A stretch of DNA of 64,000 nt from Candidatus Gottesmanbacteria bacterium RIFCSPLOWO2_01_FULL_43_11b (GCA_001780985.1 MFJV01000001.1:629466-693465); one strand, 5' to 3'; positions 20,595 to 30,088 are shown, counted from the stretch's first letter. The notes: generated by a model not told the origin, from the sequence alone. Numbers and translations: made by a program.

Positions 20595-22226
20595 TTACCA
20601 ACTTCCCCCTCCGCCGCCACCCCCACCTCCACCGGAAGATCCGCCAGAAAAACCCGATGAAAAGCCAGACGAAGATCGGGTCGGAGTGGCAGCTGATCGA
20701 ACAGCAGAAAGTGAGGAGTTGAGAGAATTCACAAATACAGAACTATTGAATGTTCCGTAACTGGTTGAAGAATACCAATCGATAGGCTGCATTGCGATAT
20801 CTTCGAATCGTTTTGCCCAAATTCGTTCGACATTGAATGCAATTGCATAGGGGAGTAGTTTTTCAAACATGAGTTGATTTTTTGCCTGATGAGTTAGTTT
20901 CTTTTCCTGGCTAACCAGAAAGTTTCGCAAGGACCGGGCGACAGCAGCCTGTTGACTTCCGTATGGAGTTTTAACCGGCATCCCCGTTCCGAAAATAAGA
21001 CTACTCAAAAAGAGAGGAACATTAAATGTCATGAGAGACAGGACGCGGATAATTTCGTAAAACGAACGGATTTTTTGCGGATTTTTCGGGAAAAATCCTT
21101 CAGTAACAAAACTTTCATACAAACTCTCTTTTATTTTTTCTATATCTGAAGCAAGTTTTAATTCTTTGACATGAACAATATCGGTGGTAAATATTTTTTC
21201 CAGAAGAAGTGACTCAAAAGGCATTAAAGATGAATCATTTTTAAATTCTTTTTGTTTTGAAAGAGTGAAATCATTCTTTTTATTTTCAATAATCTTGAGA
21301 TACTCCCGTCGGGCAAGGTCGACAATAGTTGCACAGATGTCATCAAGATCGACGCGCTCGTCGATCAATGCACCGGTTTCTCCTGGGGTAAGCGACCGCA
21401 AAGACCGGGTTTTAGGTGCGTCAAACCAGGCTTTGGTTTCTCCTATTGCCGGTCGTGGATCACGGCCATACTTCCACCATTTGATAGGAAGAGAGATGGG
21501 GTAGACGATGTACCACAATGACGCTACGAGAATGCCCAATCCGGTAAGTAATGGTGAGGGGCCGTATGGTTTTGGTTCGAGGACTGCTACAATTCCTTTT
21601 GGAAAACCAACGACAATCGTTAACCCTTCATCGGGAGATAATGCGGCATTGGTAGATACGTGAACTTGCGCATCACGTGTCGTGACATCGCAGTTTTGTG
21701 CTGTATTTCCGATAGGACCAGTGAAGCATTCTGCTCGGATATCTTGTTTTAGTATATCTTCCGGTAGATTAATAGTTACACCTGCAGCATTTATTGATAC
21801 AGGCCAGTCATTGCCCGTAACGTTCCAATAGAGTTCATCGTGGTCAGAAAAATAGGTTAGAGCTCCGATAACCGTATAGCCAATTGTGTACGAATGAGTT
21901 CCCGTAATAGTTTTATTCGGATCGCCAATTTTGAGTGTCATTGATGAGTCTTCAAACGATTTCGAAAATTGATCGGATACTGAAATATTTGTAAAATCGA
22001 GTTTAAATTTCTTGTTGTCTTGATTTGTTTTTACAAACGGAATGGTTCGGAATATTCCATGCCGACTTTCTTGTCCAAAATCGTAATCAATTGTTTCAGA
22101 AACATCGATTAATCCGTTGGCCTCTATTGTTATGTTGGTATCAAACGACTGAATCTCTTCAGCAAGACTAATGCGAGGATAGAAAAAGGGGAAGAGGAGA
22201 AGCATGATGACGAAATACCATTTCAT
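20595..22226 (-). CDS. DUF2207-family membrane protein
   Basis: HGIFRTIP, ELYWNVTG, LLPYAIAF motifs and a Gly/Ser-rich GGGGGSW tail. Confidence 0.88.
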   Translation of the reverse strand: MKWYFVIMLLLFPFFYPRISLAEEIQSFDTNITIEANGLIDVSETIDYDFGQESRHGIFRTIPFVKTNQDNKKFKLDFTNISVSDQFSKSFEDSSMTLKIGDPNKTITGTHSYTIGYTVIGALTYFSDHDELYWNVTGNDWPVSINAAGVTINLPEDILKQDIRAECFTGPIGNTAQNCDVTTRDAQVHVSTNAALSPDEGLTIVVGFPKGIVAVLEPKPYGPSPLLTGLGILVASLWYIVYPISLPIKWWKYGRDPRPAIGETKAWFDAPKTRSLRSLTPGETGALIDERVDLDDICATIVDLARREYLKIIENKKNDFTLSKQKEFKNDSSLMPFESLLLEKIFTTDIVHVKELKLASDIEKIKESLYESFVTEGFFPKNPQKIRSFYEIIRVLSLMTFNVPLFLSSLIFGTGMPVKTPYGSQQAAVARSLRNFLVSQEKKLTHQAKNQLMFEKLLPYAIAFNVERIWAKRFEDIAMQPIDWYSSTSYGTFNSSVFVNSLNSSLSAVRSAATPTRSSSGFSSGFSGGSSGGGGGGGGGGSW

Positions 22227-23207
22227 TTACTGCAAGTATCGAGCGATATTTTCGTTGTGTTCTTCAATCGTTGCCGCATAGTGAACATTGCCGTCGTTAT
22301 CATGAAGGTAAAACCAAAAGGCTGATTCCTGCGGGTATATGACTGCCTTCAATGAAGCCAACCCGGGACTACTTATGGGTCTGGGCGGCAATCCGGGGTT
22401 GAGGTAGGTATTAAATGCTGATCGGATTTTTTTGTCTTCCGTTGTCAGACTTTTTTTCCACCAACTTTTTTCTGTAGCCTGATACCCAAGGGCGTACTGA
22501 AGTGTTGCATCAGCTTGGAGCGGCCAGTCAGCGTTGAGACGTTTGAGAAGTATGCCTGCAATCACCGGTCTATCTTCACTTGTCCGACCCTCCCTTTCAA
22601 CAATGGAGGCTAAAATTATTACCTCTTCAACCGTTAATCCCTGTTTTTGCGCATCTACCTTCATTTGTTCAGTTATTTTTTGATCAAAGGTACTGCGGAA
22701 TATGTTGGCAATTGCAGCGGCTGATGCGTCGCGCGGGATAAGGTACGTATCCGGGAACATGTATCCTTCTTGTGCGACTTTGAGAAATTCTCCTTCCGGA
22801 ATATCGAGATCTTTTGCCAGTTGATTGGCAATCTCCTCATTGCGCCATCCCTCAAGAGTCGTTACCCATACATCAAGGTAGCCGTGCGTCAACTCAGATG
22901 CGATTTCGTCTGCACCCAAAGCACGGTTGAGACGGAAATCACCTGCCTGAAGGGATTTTTCCAACCCCATGATTTTAACGAGTACGAAAAATGCAGTAGA
23001 ACTTCGGATGAGATTTTGGTTTGCTAAATTTGCTGCAATAGTACGAACACCATCCCCCTGTCGCACGACAAACATTATGGGTTTCGGATCAAGTGGTGCA
23101 ACAGGAGACGTTCCGTCAATCCACCACAACCACGAACCAAGGAGAAGAAGAATCAGGACCACAAAAAAAATAATGACTCTTTTTGGAACGGTATTATTTG
23201 ATTTCAT
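22227..23207 (-). CDS. mltG: Endolytic transglycosylase MltG
   Basis: EGYMFPDTY, ASIVERE, LQADAT and NTY..GLPP.PI motifs. Confidence 0.93.
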   Translation of the reverse strand: MKSNNTVPKRVIIFFVVLILLLLGSWLWWIDGTSPVAPLDPKPIMFVVRQGDGVRTIAANLANQNLIRSSTAFFVLVKIMGLEKSLQAGDFRLNRALGADEIASELTHGYLDVWVTTLEGWRNEEIANQLAKDLDIPEGEFLKVAQEGYMFPDTYLIPRDASAAAIANIFRSTFDQKITEQMKVDAQKQGLTVEEVIILASIVEREGRTSEDRPVIAGILLKRLNADWPLQADATLQYALGYQATEKSWWKKSLTTEDKKIRSAFNTYLNPGLPPRPISSPGLASLKAVIYPQESAFWFYLHDNDGNVHYAATIEEHNENIARYLQ

Positions 23208-23385
23208 TAAGACTTGCCCTTCGGTATGTATTCGAAGCGGCATCATACATGTAAATGCGATTACATTGACAGTCAACTCGCACCAATCCCTTGCCCTTTT
23301 TTTGCGGAAGCTCCCTTCCGCAACCGACACAACGGCCTTGAGACAGTAGCCATGCTTGAACTGGTGAAATAATATTTTTAAACAT
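23194..23385 (-). CDS. Small zinc-ribbon protein
   Basis: 63 aa with CVGC...CQC; overlaps the mltG start. Confidence 0.7.
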   Translation of the reverse strand: MFKNIISPVQAWLLSQGRCVGCGRELPQKKGKGLVRVDCQCNRIYMYDAASNTYRRASLNEIK

Positions 23386-23529
23386 ACCAGGGAGTGAAAT
23401 TTCGACCTTTGCTTTTTACGCTTTCGAAATTTCAGTATCCTTTCTGTTAAGTAATTATCTTTATACTTCCAGGTAGACTTGAATTTCGAGCAAAGAATAA
23501 AAGCGTGTCGAAATTCTACTCCCTGGCAT
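23384..23529. ncRNA. Candidate rod-shaped structured RNA (6S-like?)
   Basis: 20-bp terminal inverted repeat (23387-406 with 23507-526, 18/20), central bubble, second stem 23423-36 with 23477-90. Confidence 0.45.
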
Positions 23530-23530
23530 A

Positions 23531-24793
23531 TTATTCTATTGTGTACACCGGTATATTTTTAAGTGTTTCTACAGCTTCTTTTAGTCTCCACTTGTCTGAA
23601 CTATAAAGCGAGGTAAGTATATCACCTTTGTCCACAGACTCTTCAAGTTTTCGATTAAGGTACATCCCGGCTTTTTTATCCGTCGGGCATCCTAAAATGC
23701 GACAAATGACAGTTATCTGTTTATTGTTGATTGAAATGACTCTCCCGCGACGATGCGATTTAAGTTCGTAACGTTCTTTTCCGGGTAAGAGTTGACCACT
23801 TTGAACATGACTGTCTCCTCCCTGCGCTTTTATAATTTCCTGCATTTTCTTAAGAGCACTACCTGAAGTAAGCATTTCTTTTGCCACATCTTCAGCATTA
23901 ATAGCTTTCTTTTTCTTTGACTGGGAATAGCATAATTCCAAAAGTTTTCCGGCAAGCCGCAGTGCTTTTGCCTCGAGTCCAAGCGGGCGGTCAGGGGACT
24001 GTTCAAGAACCTGGAATACATCGCGTGCTTCAAGAATAGGACCCACCCCGCGTCCTGCTGATTGCCGCGATTCATTAACGTCAAAAACGACTTTGATGCC
24101 GAATTTCTTTGCAAGGAATGTGAATTTTTTTACGATGACATCGGCATCTTTAAAGTGCTGAATTTTCATAGTCGGTCCGACCGGAATATCGAGGACAAGA
24201 TGCGTTGCTCCCGAAGCAACCTTTTTGGCCATGATAGATACGATAATTTTGTCAAATGATTCGAAGGCAAGTGGCTGTTCAACCTGGATGAGAATATCAT
24301 CAGCAGGAGCAAGTCCTAAATGTCCCCCCCAAACAATACACCCGCCCGTCCTTCCGACGAGTCGTTCAATTTGTTTCGGCGTAAACGTTACAGGAGCGAC
24401 AACTTCCATCGTATCAGCAGTTCCGGCAGGTGAAGTAATTGCCCGCGAGGAGGTTTTCGGGATTTGAAAGCCGGCAGCCGCAACAATAGGGACGAGTATC
24501 ATGGTCGTTCGGGTACCGGCAACTCCACCAGTTGAATGCTTGTCTGCAACTATGCCGCGTAAATGAAGTCGGGGTCCGGTTGCAACCATAGCACGAGTCA
24601 GGTGATAGAGTTCTTCATTGCTAAATCCTTCCTTAAATCCTGCAGCGGCAAAGTACGTGGTGAGTACAGGGGAGAGCTTTCTATTGGCAATTTCATCCAT
24701 AATGGAAAAAATTTCATTGTAGGAGAGAGATTTCCCTACAAGCTTCTTTTTGATTGCTTCTATAGCAGCCTGTTGGCGGGTATCTTGAGTCAT
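23531..24793 (-). CDS. AMP/thymidine phosphorylase-family protein
   Basis: DKHSTGGV, KTSSRAITSPAGTAD, LAPADD and SIMAKK motifs. Start MTQD overlaps the sortase stop. Confidence 0.88.
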   Translation of the reverse strand: MTQDTRQQAAIEAIKKKLVGKSLSYNEIFSIMDEIANRKLSPVLTTYFAAAGFKEGFSNEELYHLTRAMVATGPRLHLRGIVADKHSTGGVAGTRTTMILVPIVAAAGFQIPKTSSRAITSPAGTADTMEVVAPVTFTPKQIERLVGRTGGCIVWGGHLGLAPADDILIQVEQPLAFESFDKIIVSIMAKKVASGATHLVLDIPVGPTMKIQHFKDADVIVKKFTFLAKKFGIKVVFDVNESRQSAGRGVGPILEARDVFQVLEQSPDRPLGLEAKALRLAGKLLELCYSQSKKKKAINAEDVAKEMLTSGSALKKMQEIIKAQGGDSHVQSGQLLPGKERYELKSHRRGRVISINNKQITVICRILGCPTDKKAGMYLNRKLEESVDKGDILTSLYSSDKWRLKEAVETLKNIPVYTIE

Positions 24794-25476
24794 ATTTTTT
24801 TGAGTTTTGCTTTCACATTTAGGCGTTGCCAATATGTGCCGGGGGGGACACAGGTAATGAGGGTAATGTAGGAGTCATCGAATCGCTGTTCCAAAGGAGA
24901 AAGATCATTTGGTTTTGTAATAGTCATGTCAAAGATAACATATCGGTACGTAATGCCGTCGTAGGTGACAAGTATTTCATCATCAATCTCGAGTGTGGGA
25001 AGAGTTGAGAATATAGTTGCGTAGTCTTTAGGATTGAAAAATTGGGGAAGTGTCGAGTGCCCAAAAATAACAGCAGTGCCGTACTGTCCGGGGAGCCCTG
25101 TTCCTCCGTAATGAATGAGACTCTTTTTAAGATCATCACCGGCGATAATTACGGTAGCATTAACAATGTTTAATTTAGGAATGCTAATCTGGTAGCTATT
25201 GACCGGAGCGACCATTTTTTTTTGGGGTTTTGTAGGAAACCATGTGTTGGGATCAGTGTAGTCGAGCGATTCGCCTAAAACGACACTGCTTTTCTGAGAG
25301 AGAGGTGAAATGGTGACCCCTAAGAGTGGTTGTTGGAGGAAAACAAATGATGCGATAGGCCAGATAGTCCAGAGAATGATGAAACTTCCTGCAGCCATAA
25401 GCGACCACGGGAGTAGCCCGAGTTTTTTCACTCGTCGCTTCTTGGGTTCTGCCTTAACATATTGGTACTGTGGCAT
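24790..25476 (-). CDS. Sortase
   Basis: IFGHS and TLITC..G...RL catalytic motifs, N-terminal TM. Confidence 0.9.
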   Translation of the reverse strand: MPQYQYVKAEPKKRRVKKLGLLPWSLMAAGSFIILWTIWPIASFVFLQQPLLGVTISPLSQKSSVVLGESLDYTDPNTWFPTKPQKKMVAPVNSYQISIPKLNIVNATVIIAGDDLKKSLIHYGGTGLPGQYGTAVIFGHSTLPQFFNPKDYATIFSTLPTLEIDDEILVTYDGITYRYVIFDMTITKPNDLSPLEQRFDDSYITLITCVPPGTYWQRLNVKAKLKKI

Positions 25477-25486
25477 GGTTACTTCT

Positions 25487-27565
25487 CTAAATTTTTTGTG
25501 CAGAGATAGTGACAGATATATTGTTTCGATTTATAGGGAGTCGATTGGGGAATACTGCCCACCGAAAACGAAATTCGGCTCCTGCAACACCTCCTGTTGT
25601 CTTTAAGTATTCCTGCGCTTTCGTGACGCTTTTACCGGCAACTCCCTTTCGAATAGCATCACTATCTAAAGAGGGGAGCGCTGATCCGCGGACATGAGTT
25701 GTCACAGTAGTAGTTCCGTCCTTTTTTACCTGTACTCCCTTCACCTCTATGTCCGTACTGTTATTATCAAAAGCATACCCCGGCATAAGTTGTGATGAGA
25801 CCCGATCGGTAAATAACGCTACAACATCCGTTTCGCTGTAGGAAATTCCTGAAACGGTAATTGTAATTTTGCCGGCTAACTCTTTTGCCTCCTGATCCAA
25901 CTCCTGTGTAAATGTTTTTTCTGTCACCGATGTTTTGAGAGTCGCATCAATCAGTTTTTCACCTCCTGAAATACTTGTTGCCAATTTTTCTTTTGTTTGT
26001 TGAAGTAACTCCTCGGTAAGTTGGGTAACGAGTGCATCGTAGTCACTTCGTGTGACGACTGTTACTTCACGGCTTGTACCTCCGGCAAACTTCTCGTCGT
26101 TTCGTGCAATCGCAATACTTGTTCCAATTTCCGAAAATGTGAAATCAGTTCCGGCAGGAAGATTTCCTTCCGGACCAATTTCTTTCGCCGTAACGCTACC
26201 CGTTGCTTTTCCAAAAGTAATGGATCCTATACTTTCAGCAGCTTCGACAACCTCGACGTCTGCATCAAGTGTAAATTGTATTCCTGAAGCAGCAAGGATA
26301 GAGCCTTTTTTAAATGTTCTGCTGTTTAAACTTTTGTTATAAATCGTTATACCACCTTTAGCCGGATCACCGATTTTCTTTGTTCCGGAAACCGGAATTG
26401 TTTTTTCTCCCGACAATGAATCTTCACGAGTATGTCCCGGAATAATACTTGTTTGACTGTCTGCGACCGTCGATTTTGGATCAACCGTCATTGGCAATGT
26501 TGTTTCAAGTGTTTGGGGGAGAACAAGAACGGTAACCGTTGCTTTAGGCAGTATCCAAACGAACAAACCTAAAATAATTAAAAGAAGAATTCCCGTGAGC
26601 CCAATATACATTCCGTTACCTTGGATAGGGAATGAGGGAAGGGATGGAAGTTTTGGCAATGAAAATTTTTGCTTTGGTTTTTCTTCTGGCTGCGTTCTTT
26701 CCAGAACGTCTTCATTTGCAAACCCAAGAGTTTCCGGTTCAACAATCTCAATGTTTTGCTGCGACTCCCGCGGTTCGGGTTTAGTTTCGACCGGCTCCTC
26801 CCGGAGAGCTGTTGTCATTTCACTTGCACCCGCAAGAGATACGGATTCTACGATGGAACTAATTGGTATATGGTCGAACTTCGGAAAGTGAAGGAAATTT
26901 GCTTTTGTCGGCCAGGGGTGACGCATTAAATCAGCTTTATTTTCTTCAATAAGATCATCGGAGGCACCATAGAGGATTATACGAGAAGGCAATACCTCAA
27001 GTTCTTTAAATTGTTTCAACACGTGTTCAATTGAGGTTGGAAGATTATCACCGCGATCAATAGTCTCTTGTCCTATAAGCAGGCCGACCTTATACACAGA
27101 AATAACGACACGATGATCACTAAATCCTAAAAGAATAACACTTGGCGGGACTCCTTCCGTTTTTTTCAACGAATACACAATTGCCGCCGGTACAGAGACA
27201 AATCCCATGGGTGTAAGATCCAGGACCTGTGTGAGTTGTTTCATCTGGGTTCGAACGTCGGGGTTAATATCGCCGTCATTGGTTAAATATTCAATAGGTA
27301 AACCCAGCACGACTTTCCGGATTTGTGCATTTTCATCAAGTTTTTCCTCAAGCGCTGCAATGGTACGATCAGCAGCTTTTGTTCTGTCTTCCCAATTGTC
27401 GTTCTCTAAGGTTTCGCGTGAGAATCCAATCGCAATAGGATTATTTGAAGCGTCCATATGCCAGCCGGCAGCGATAACACCGTCCGGCAAGAGAATGAGG
27501 GAGAGAAAGACTTCAGTCACCTGTTTTGGTCGAAAGAGACTCTGGATTGGGTTTGGAAGTTTCAT
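25487..27565 (-). CDS. Membrane protein with baseplate-J-like C-terminal region
   Basis: Cytoplasmic N-terminal domain, single TM, then AKG.ITIYN...G.EGNL...FAGG motifs. Confidence 0.65.
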   Translation of the reverse strand: MKLPNPIQSLFRPKQVTEVFLSLILLPDGVIAAGWHMDASNNPIAIGFSRETLENDNWEDRTKAADRTIAALEEKLDENAQIRKVVLGLPIEYLTNDGDINPDVRTQMKQLTQVLDLTPMGFVSVPAAIVYSLKKTEGVPPSVILLGFSDHRVVISVYKVGLLIGQETIDRGDNLPTSIEHVLKQFKELEVLPSRIILYGASDDLIEENKADLMRHPWPTKANFLHFPKFDHIPISSIVESVSLAGASEMTTALREEPVETKPEPRESQQNIEIVEPETLGFANEDVLERTQPEEKPKQKFSLPKLPSLPSFPIQGNGMYIGLTGILLLIILGLFVWILPKATVTVLVLPQTLETTLPMTVDPKSTVADSQTSIIPGHTREDSLSGEKTIPVSGTKKIGDPAKGGITIYNKSLNSRTFKKGSILAASGIQFTLDADVEVVEAAESIGSITFGKATGSVTAKEIGPEGNLPAGTDFTFSEIGTSIAIARNDEKFAGGTSREVTVVTRSDYDALVTQLTEELLQQTKEKLATSISGGEKLIDATLKTSVTEKTFTQELDQEAKELAGKITITVSGISYSETDVVALFTDRVSSQLMPGYAFDNNSTDIEVKGVQVKKDGTTTVTTHVRGSALPSLDSDAIRKGVAGKSVTKAQEYLKTTGGVAGAEFRFRWAVFPNRLPINRNNISVTISAQKI

Positions 27566-29273
27566 CGGTGGATATCCCGGCGTAGATCCGTCGAATACCT
27601 GCGCCAGCAGATTCCTCTTTCATTATTGTAAAGCGCCCTATGGCACCTGTAAAGGAAACGTGAGGACCCCCGCAGAATTCCGCAGAAAAATACTCCTCCT
27701 TCGGCCCGCCTGCCGGCGAGGCAGGTCCGACAAAGTAGACACTAACCCGATCCGGGTACTTATGGCCAAACTCCATTTGTGCGCCTATTTTTTCTGCTTC
27801 TTCACGTGTCATTTCCACTCGGCTTACTTTTAAATTTTCTTTTATTTTTTCATTGACTAATGTTTCAATTTTCTTTATTTCTTCTGGAGTGAGTTTTCTT
27901 TCAAAATTGAAATCCATACGCAGACGTTCTGCAGTGATATTGCTTCCGCGCTGTTTTATGCTCGGATCGACGATCTTTTGAAGGGAAGCAAGAAGGAGGT
28001 GATGGGTGGTGTGAAGTTTTACTGTCTGTTCACTTTGGTCAGCAAGCCCGCCCTTAAACATTCCAGCAGCCGCCGTTCGCGAAAGATTTTGATGGGTTTT
28101 GAATTTTTCTTCAAAGTCATACTTATCAAAATTCAATCCTTTTTGTTTAAAAAGCTCTTGAATGATTTCAGGTGGAAATCCATACGTTTGAAAAAGGTCA
28201 AACGGGGGAACGTTTCCGACCATTTTCATTCCTTTTTCAAGAACGGCATCAAACCTAGTCAGTTCATCTGAAAATATTTTTGAGATCTGCTCTGATGAAG
28301 GCAAACCGTAAAACTGAATGAACTCGTTTAGCACTTGTAATGTAGCCTTGGAATGAACTGCTGCACGTCGAATTAACCTCCGTAAAATATATCCCTGCGT
28401 TTTGTTTGAGGGGAGGACGCCTGCGTCGATGATAAACATCGCAGCCCGAACATGATCCAAAACTACCCGAACGTTTTTCTTGTCTTCTTTCAGAAGTTTC
28501 TTTGCGCCGAAAAAAATATCAATATTAAATACATCCGGATCATTGTTTGTTGCTGCTGTTAATCGTTCCAATCCGCCGCCGAAATCCACATTTTTATTCG
28601 GTAATTCAACAATACTTCCGTCCTTCTGTTTCTGATATTGCATGAAAACGGAATTTGCGATTTCCAAAAATCTTCCGCAATTACAGTTTGGGTGACACCC
28701 ATCATGTATCGGTTTTTCGAAATCAAAAAATACTTCACTATCCGGTCCTCCGGGTTCACCCGCCGGCATCTTGTCAGGCTCTCCGGACCTACTCCACCAG
28801 TTCTTATCGACTCCGTAATAAAATAATCGACTATCCGGAATGCCTAATTTTTTCCAAATACCCGCAGACTCTTCATCTTTAGGAACGTCTTTATTTCCCT
28901 CAAAAACAGATACATATAGTTTTTCTTTTGGAAGATGTAATTCTTTTGTCAGAAATTCCCAAATCCATGGAAGCTGTTCTTTTTTGAAATAATCACCGAA
29001 CGACCAATTTCCAAGCATTTCAAAAAACGTGGTGTGTCGATTGTCACCGACTTCTTCAATATCACCTGCTCGAAATGATTTTTGACTGTTCACCAGCCGT
29101 TTTCCTAATGGATGCGACTCTCCCAGGAGGTAGGGGACGAGCGGCTGCATACCGGAACTCGTAAAAAGGGTAGTAGAGTCATTCTCAGGAACCAGTGGAG
29201 CAGACGGAATCTCCACATGCCCCCTTGCCTTAAAAAACTCAATGTATTTTCGTCGGACATCAGAAGATTTCAT
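27513..29273 (-). CDS. alaS: Alanine--tRNA ligase (lacks C-Ala domain)
   Basis: LFTSSGMQP, HTTFFEMLGN, GPDSE, HTTHHLL and EFCGGPH motifs. Confidence 0.96.
   Translation of the reverse strand: MKSSDVRRKYIEFFKARGHVEIPSAPLVPENDSTTLFTSSGMQPLVPYLLGESHPLGKRLVNSQKSFRAGDIEEVGDNRHTTFFEMLGNWSFGDYFKKEQLPWIWEFLTKELHLPKEKLYVSVFEGNKDVPKDEESAGIWKKLGIPDSRLFYYGVDKNWWSRSGEPDKMPAGEPGGPDSEVFFDFEKPIHDGCHPNCNCGRFLEIANSVFMQYQKQKDGSIVELPNKNVDFGGGLERLTAATNNDPDVFNIDIFFGAKKLLKEDKKNVRVVLDHVRAAMFIIDAGVLPSNKTQGYILRRLIRRAAVHSKATLQVLNEFIQFYGLPSSEQISKIFSDELTRFDAVLEKGMKMVGNVPPFDLFQTYGFPPEIIQELFKQKGLNFDKYDFEEKFKTHQNLSRTAAAGMFKGGLADQSEQTVKLHTTHHLLLASLQKIVDPSIKQRGSNITAERLRMDFNFERKLTPEEIKKIETLVNEKIKENLKVSRVEMTREEAEKIGAQMEFGHKYPDRVSVYFVGPASPAGGPKEEYFSAEFCGGPHVSFTGAIGRFTIMKEESAGAGIRRIYAGISTDETSKPNPESLSTKTGD
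27701..27730. repeat. GC-rich palindrome inside alaS
   Basis: TCGG-CCCG-CCTGCC-GGCGA-GGCAGG-T-CCGA, encoding GPASPAGGP. Confidence 0.55.
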
Positions 29274-29313
29274 GATTACGTATTATAAACGAGATAGAGG
29301 AAAGAAGTAATAG

Positions 29314-29343
29314 ATGTTACCATGTTTCGAAACATGGTAACAT
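29314..29343. repeat. Perfect 30-bp palindrome
   Basis: ATGTTACCATGTTTCGAAACATGGTAACAT. Confidence 0.95.
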
Positions 29344-29356
29344 ATTTCTAGCTATG

Positions 29357-29800
29357 CTAGAAAGGTTTTTGATTTGCGATTCTTGCTTCCCAACGACGTT
29401 TTCTCCAACCCCGTAAATCTCGTCCAAACTGAGGAAGCATATTTGCTAATGCGGCGTCGATTTTTTCAATGAGAGCTTTTAGTTCCTCTTTTCGTAAGAT
29501 CGATCCGATGACAGACTGATAGCCTCCGTGACCTTTTTGCAATACGAGACTGATTTTACTCACTGTCCCTAGGCTTACTTTAAGCCATCGAGAAATAGTT
29601 CTCTGATCATATTTTTTGAGAAGAAGAAGGGCAATCGACAATCGTTTAGCAATCATCAGTCGTTCGGTTGGAGAAAGGAGATCATCAAGGAGTCTTGATA
29701 CAGTGCTTTTTGATGTTGCCGCCGCCACACTTTCCATCAACACTTCGTATACTCGTTGTTCTACCTCTTTTCGTAGTGGAATTCTCGATACTTGTGTCAT
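29357..29800 (-). CDS. TrpR/YerC-YecD-like helix-turn-helix protein
   Basis: LDDLLSPTERLMIAKRL..ALLL...I...LKVS..TVSKI motif. Confidence 0.8.
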   Translation of the reverse strand: MTQVSRIPLRKEVEQRVYEVLMESVAAATSKSTVSRLLDDLLSPTERLMIAKRLSIALLLLKKYDQRTISRWLKVSLGTVSKISLVLQKGHGGYQSVIGSILRKEELKALIEKIDAALANMLPQFGRDLRGWRKRRWEARIANQKPF

Positions 29801-29806
29801 ACTTCT

Positions 29807-29836
29807 ATGTTACCATGTTTCGAAACAAGATAACAT
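29807..29836. repeat. Second copy of the 30-bp palindrome (28/30)
   Basis: ATGTTACCATGTTTCGAAACAAGATAACAT, 6 nt upstream of the ATG of the TrpR-like gene. Confidence 0.92.
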
Positions 29837-29882
29837 AATCTTTTTTGCGCATTTTAAGTCATCTTTAAGTATAATGAGGGAT

Positions 29883-30086
29883 ATGAATTGGTGCTTTGCA
29901 ATTATTAACAATAAACTGGCTGAGGTTTATTTCAAAAGAAAAGGAACAAACGTAACGTTCATTGGACATTGCTATGTTGATGCAGCGGAATATAAAACTC
30001 AGAGTGAACAAAAGGCAATAAAGGAAGATATCACAAAAGTAAGATTAAGGTATAGTAAAGGAAAGTATAATCCAATAAAACATTAA
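29883..30086 (+). CDS. Small hypothetical protein
   Basis: MNWCFAIINNKLAEVYF...; TATAAT 7 nt upstream of the ATG. Confidence 0.65.
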   Translation: MNWCFAIINNKLAEVYFKRKGTNVTFIGHCYVDAAEYKTQSEQKAIKEDITKVRLRYSKGKYNPIKH

Positions 30087-30088
30087 AT

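Noticed and set aside
25487-27565. Prophage suggested by the baseplate-like gene
   Set aside because: No other phage genes; the gene is embedded in a housekeeping operon and has a TM anchor.
29314-29836. 30-bp repeats as a CRISPR array
   Set aside because: Only two copies, separated by a whole gene, and no cas genes.
29837-29882. Strand switch as a possible replication origin
   Set aside because: No dnaA gene, no DnaA-box cluster seen, and the spacer is only about 80 bp.
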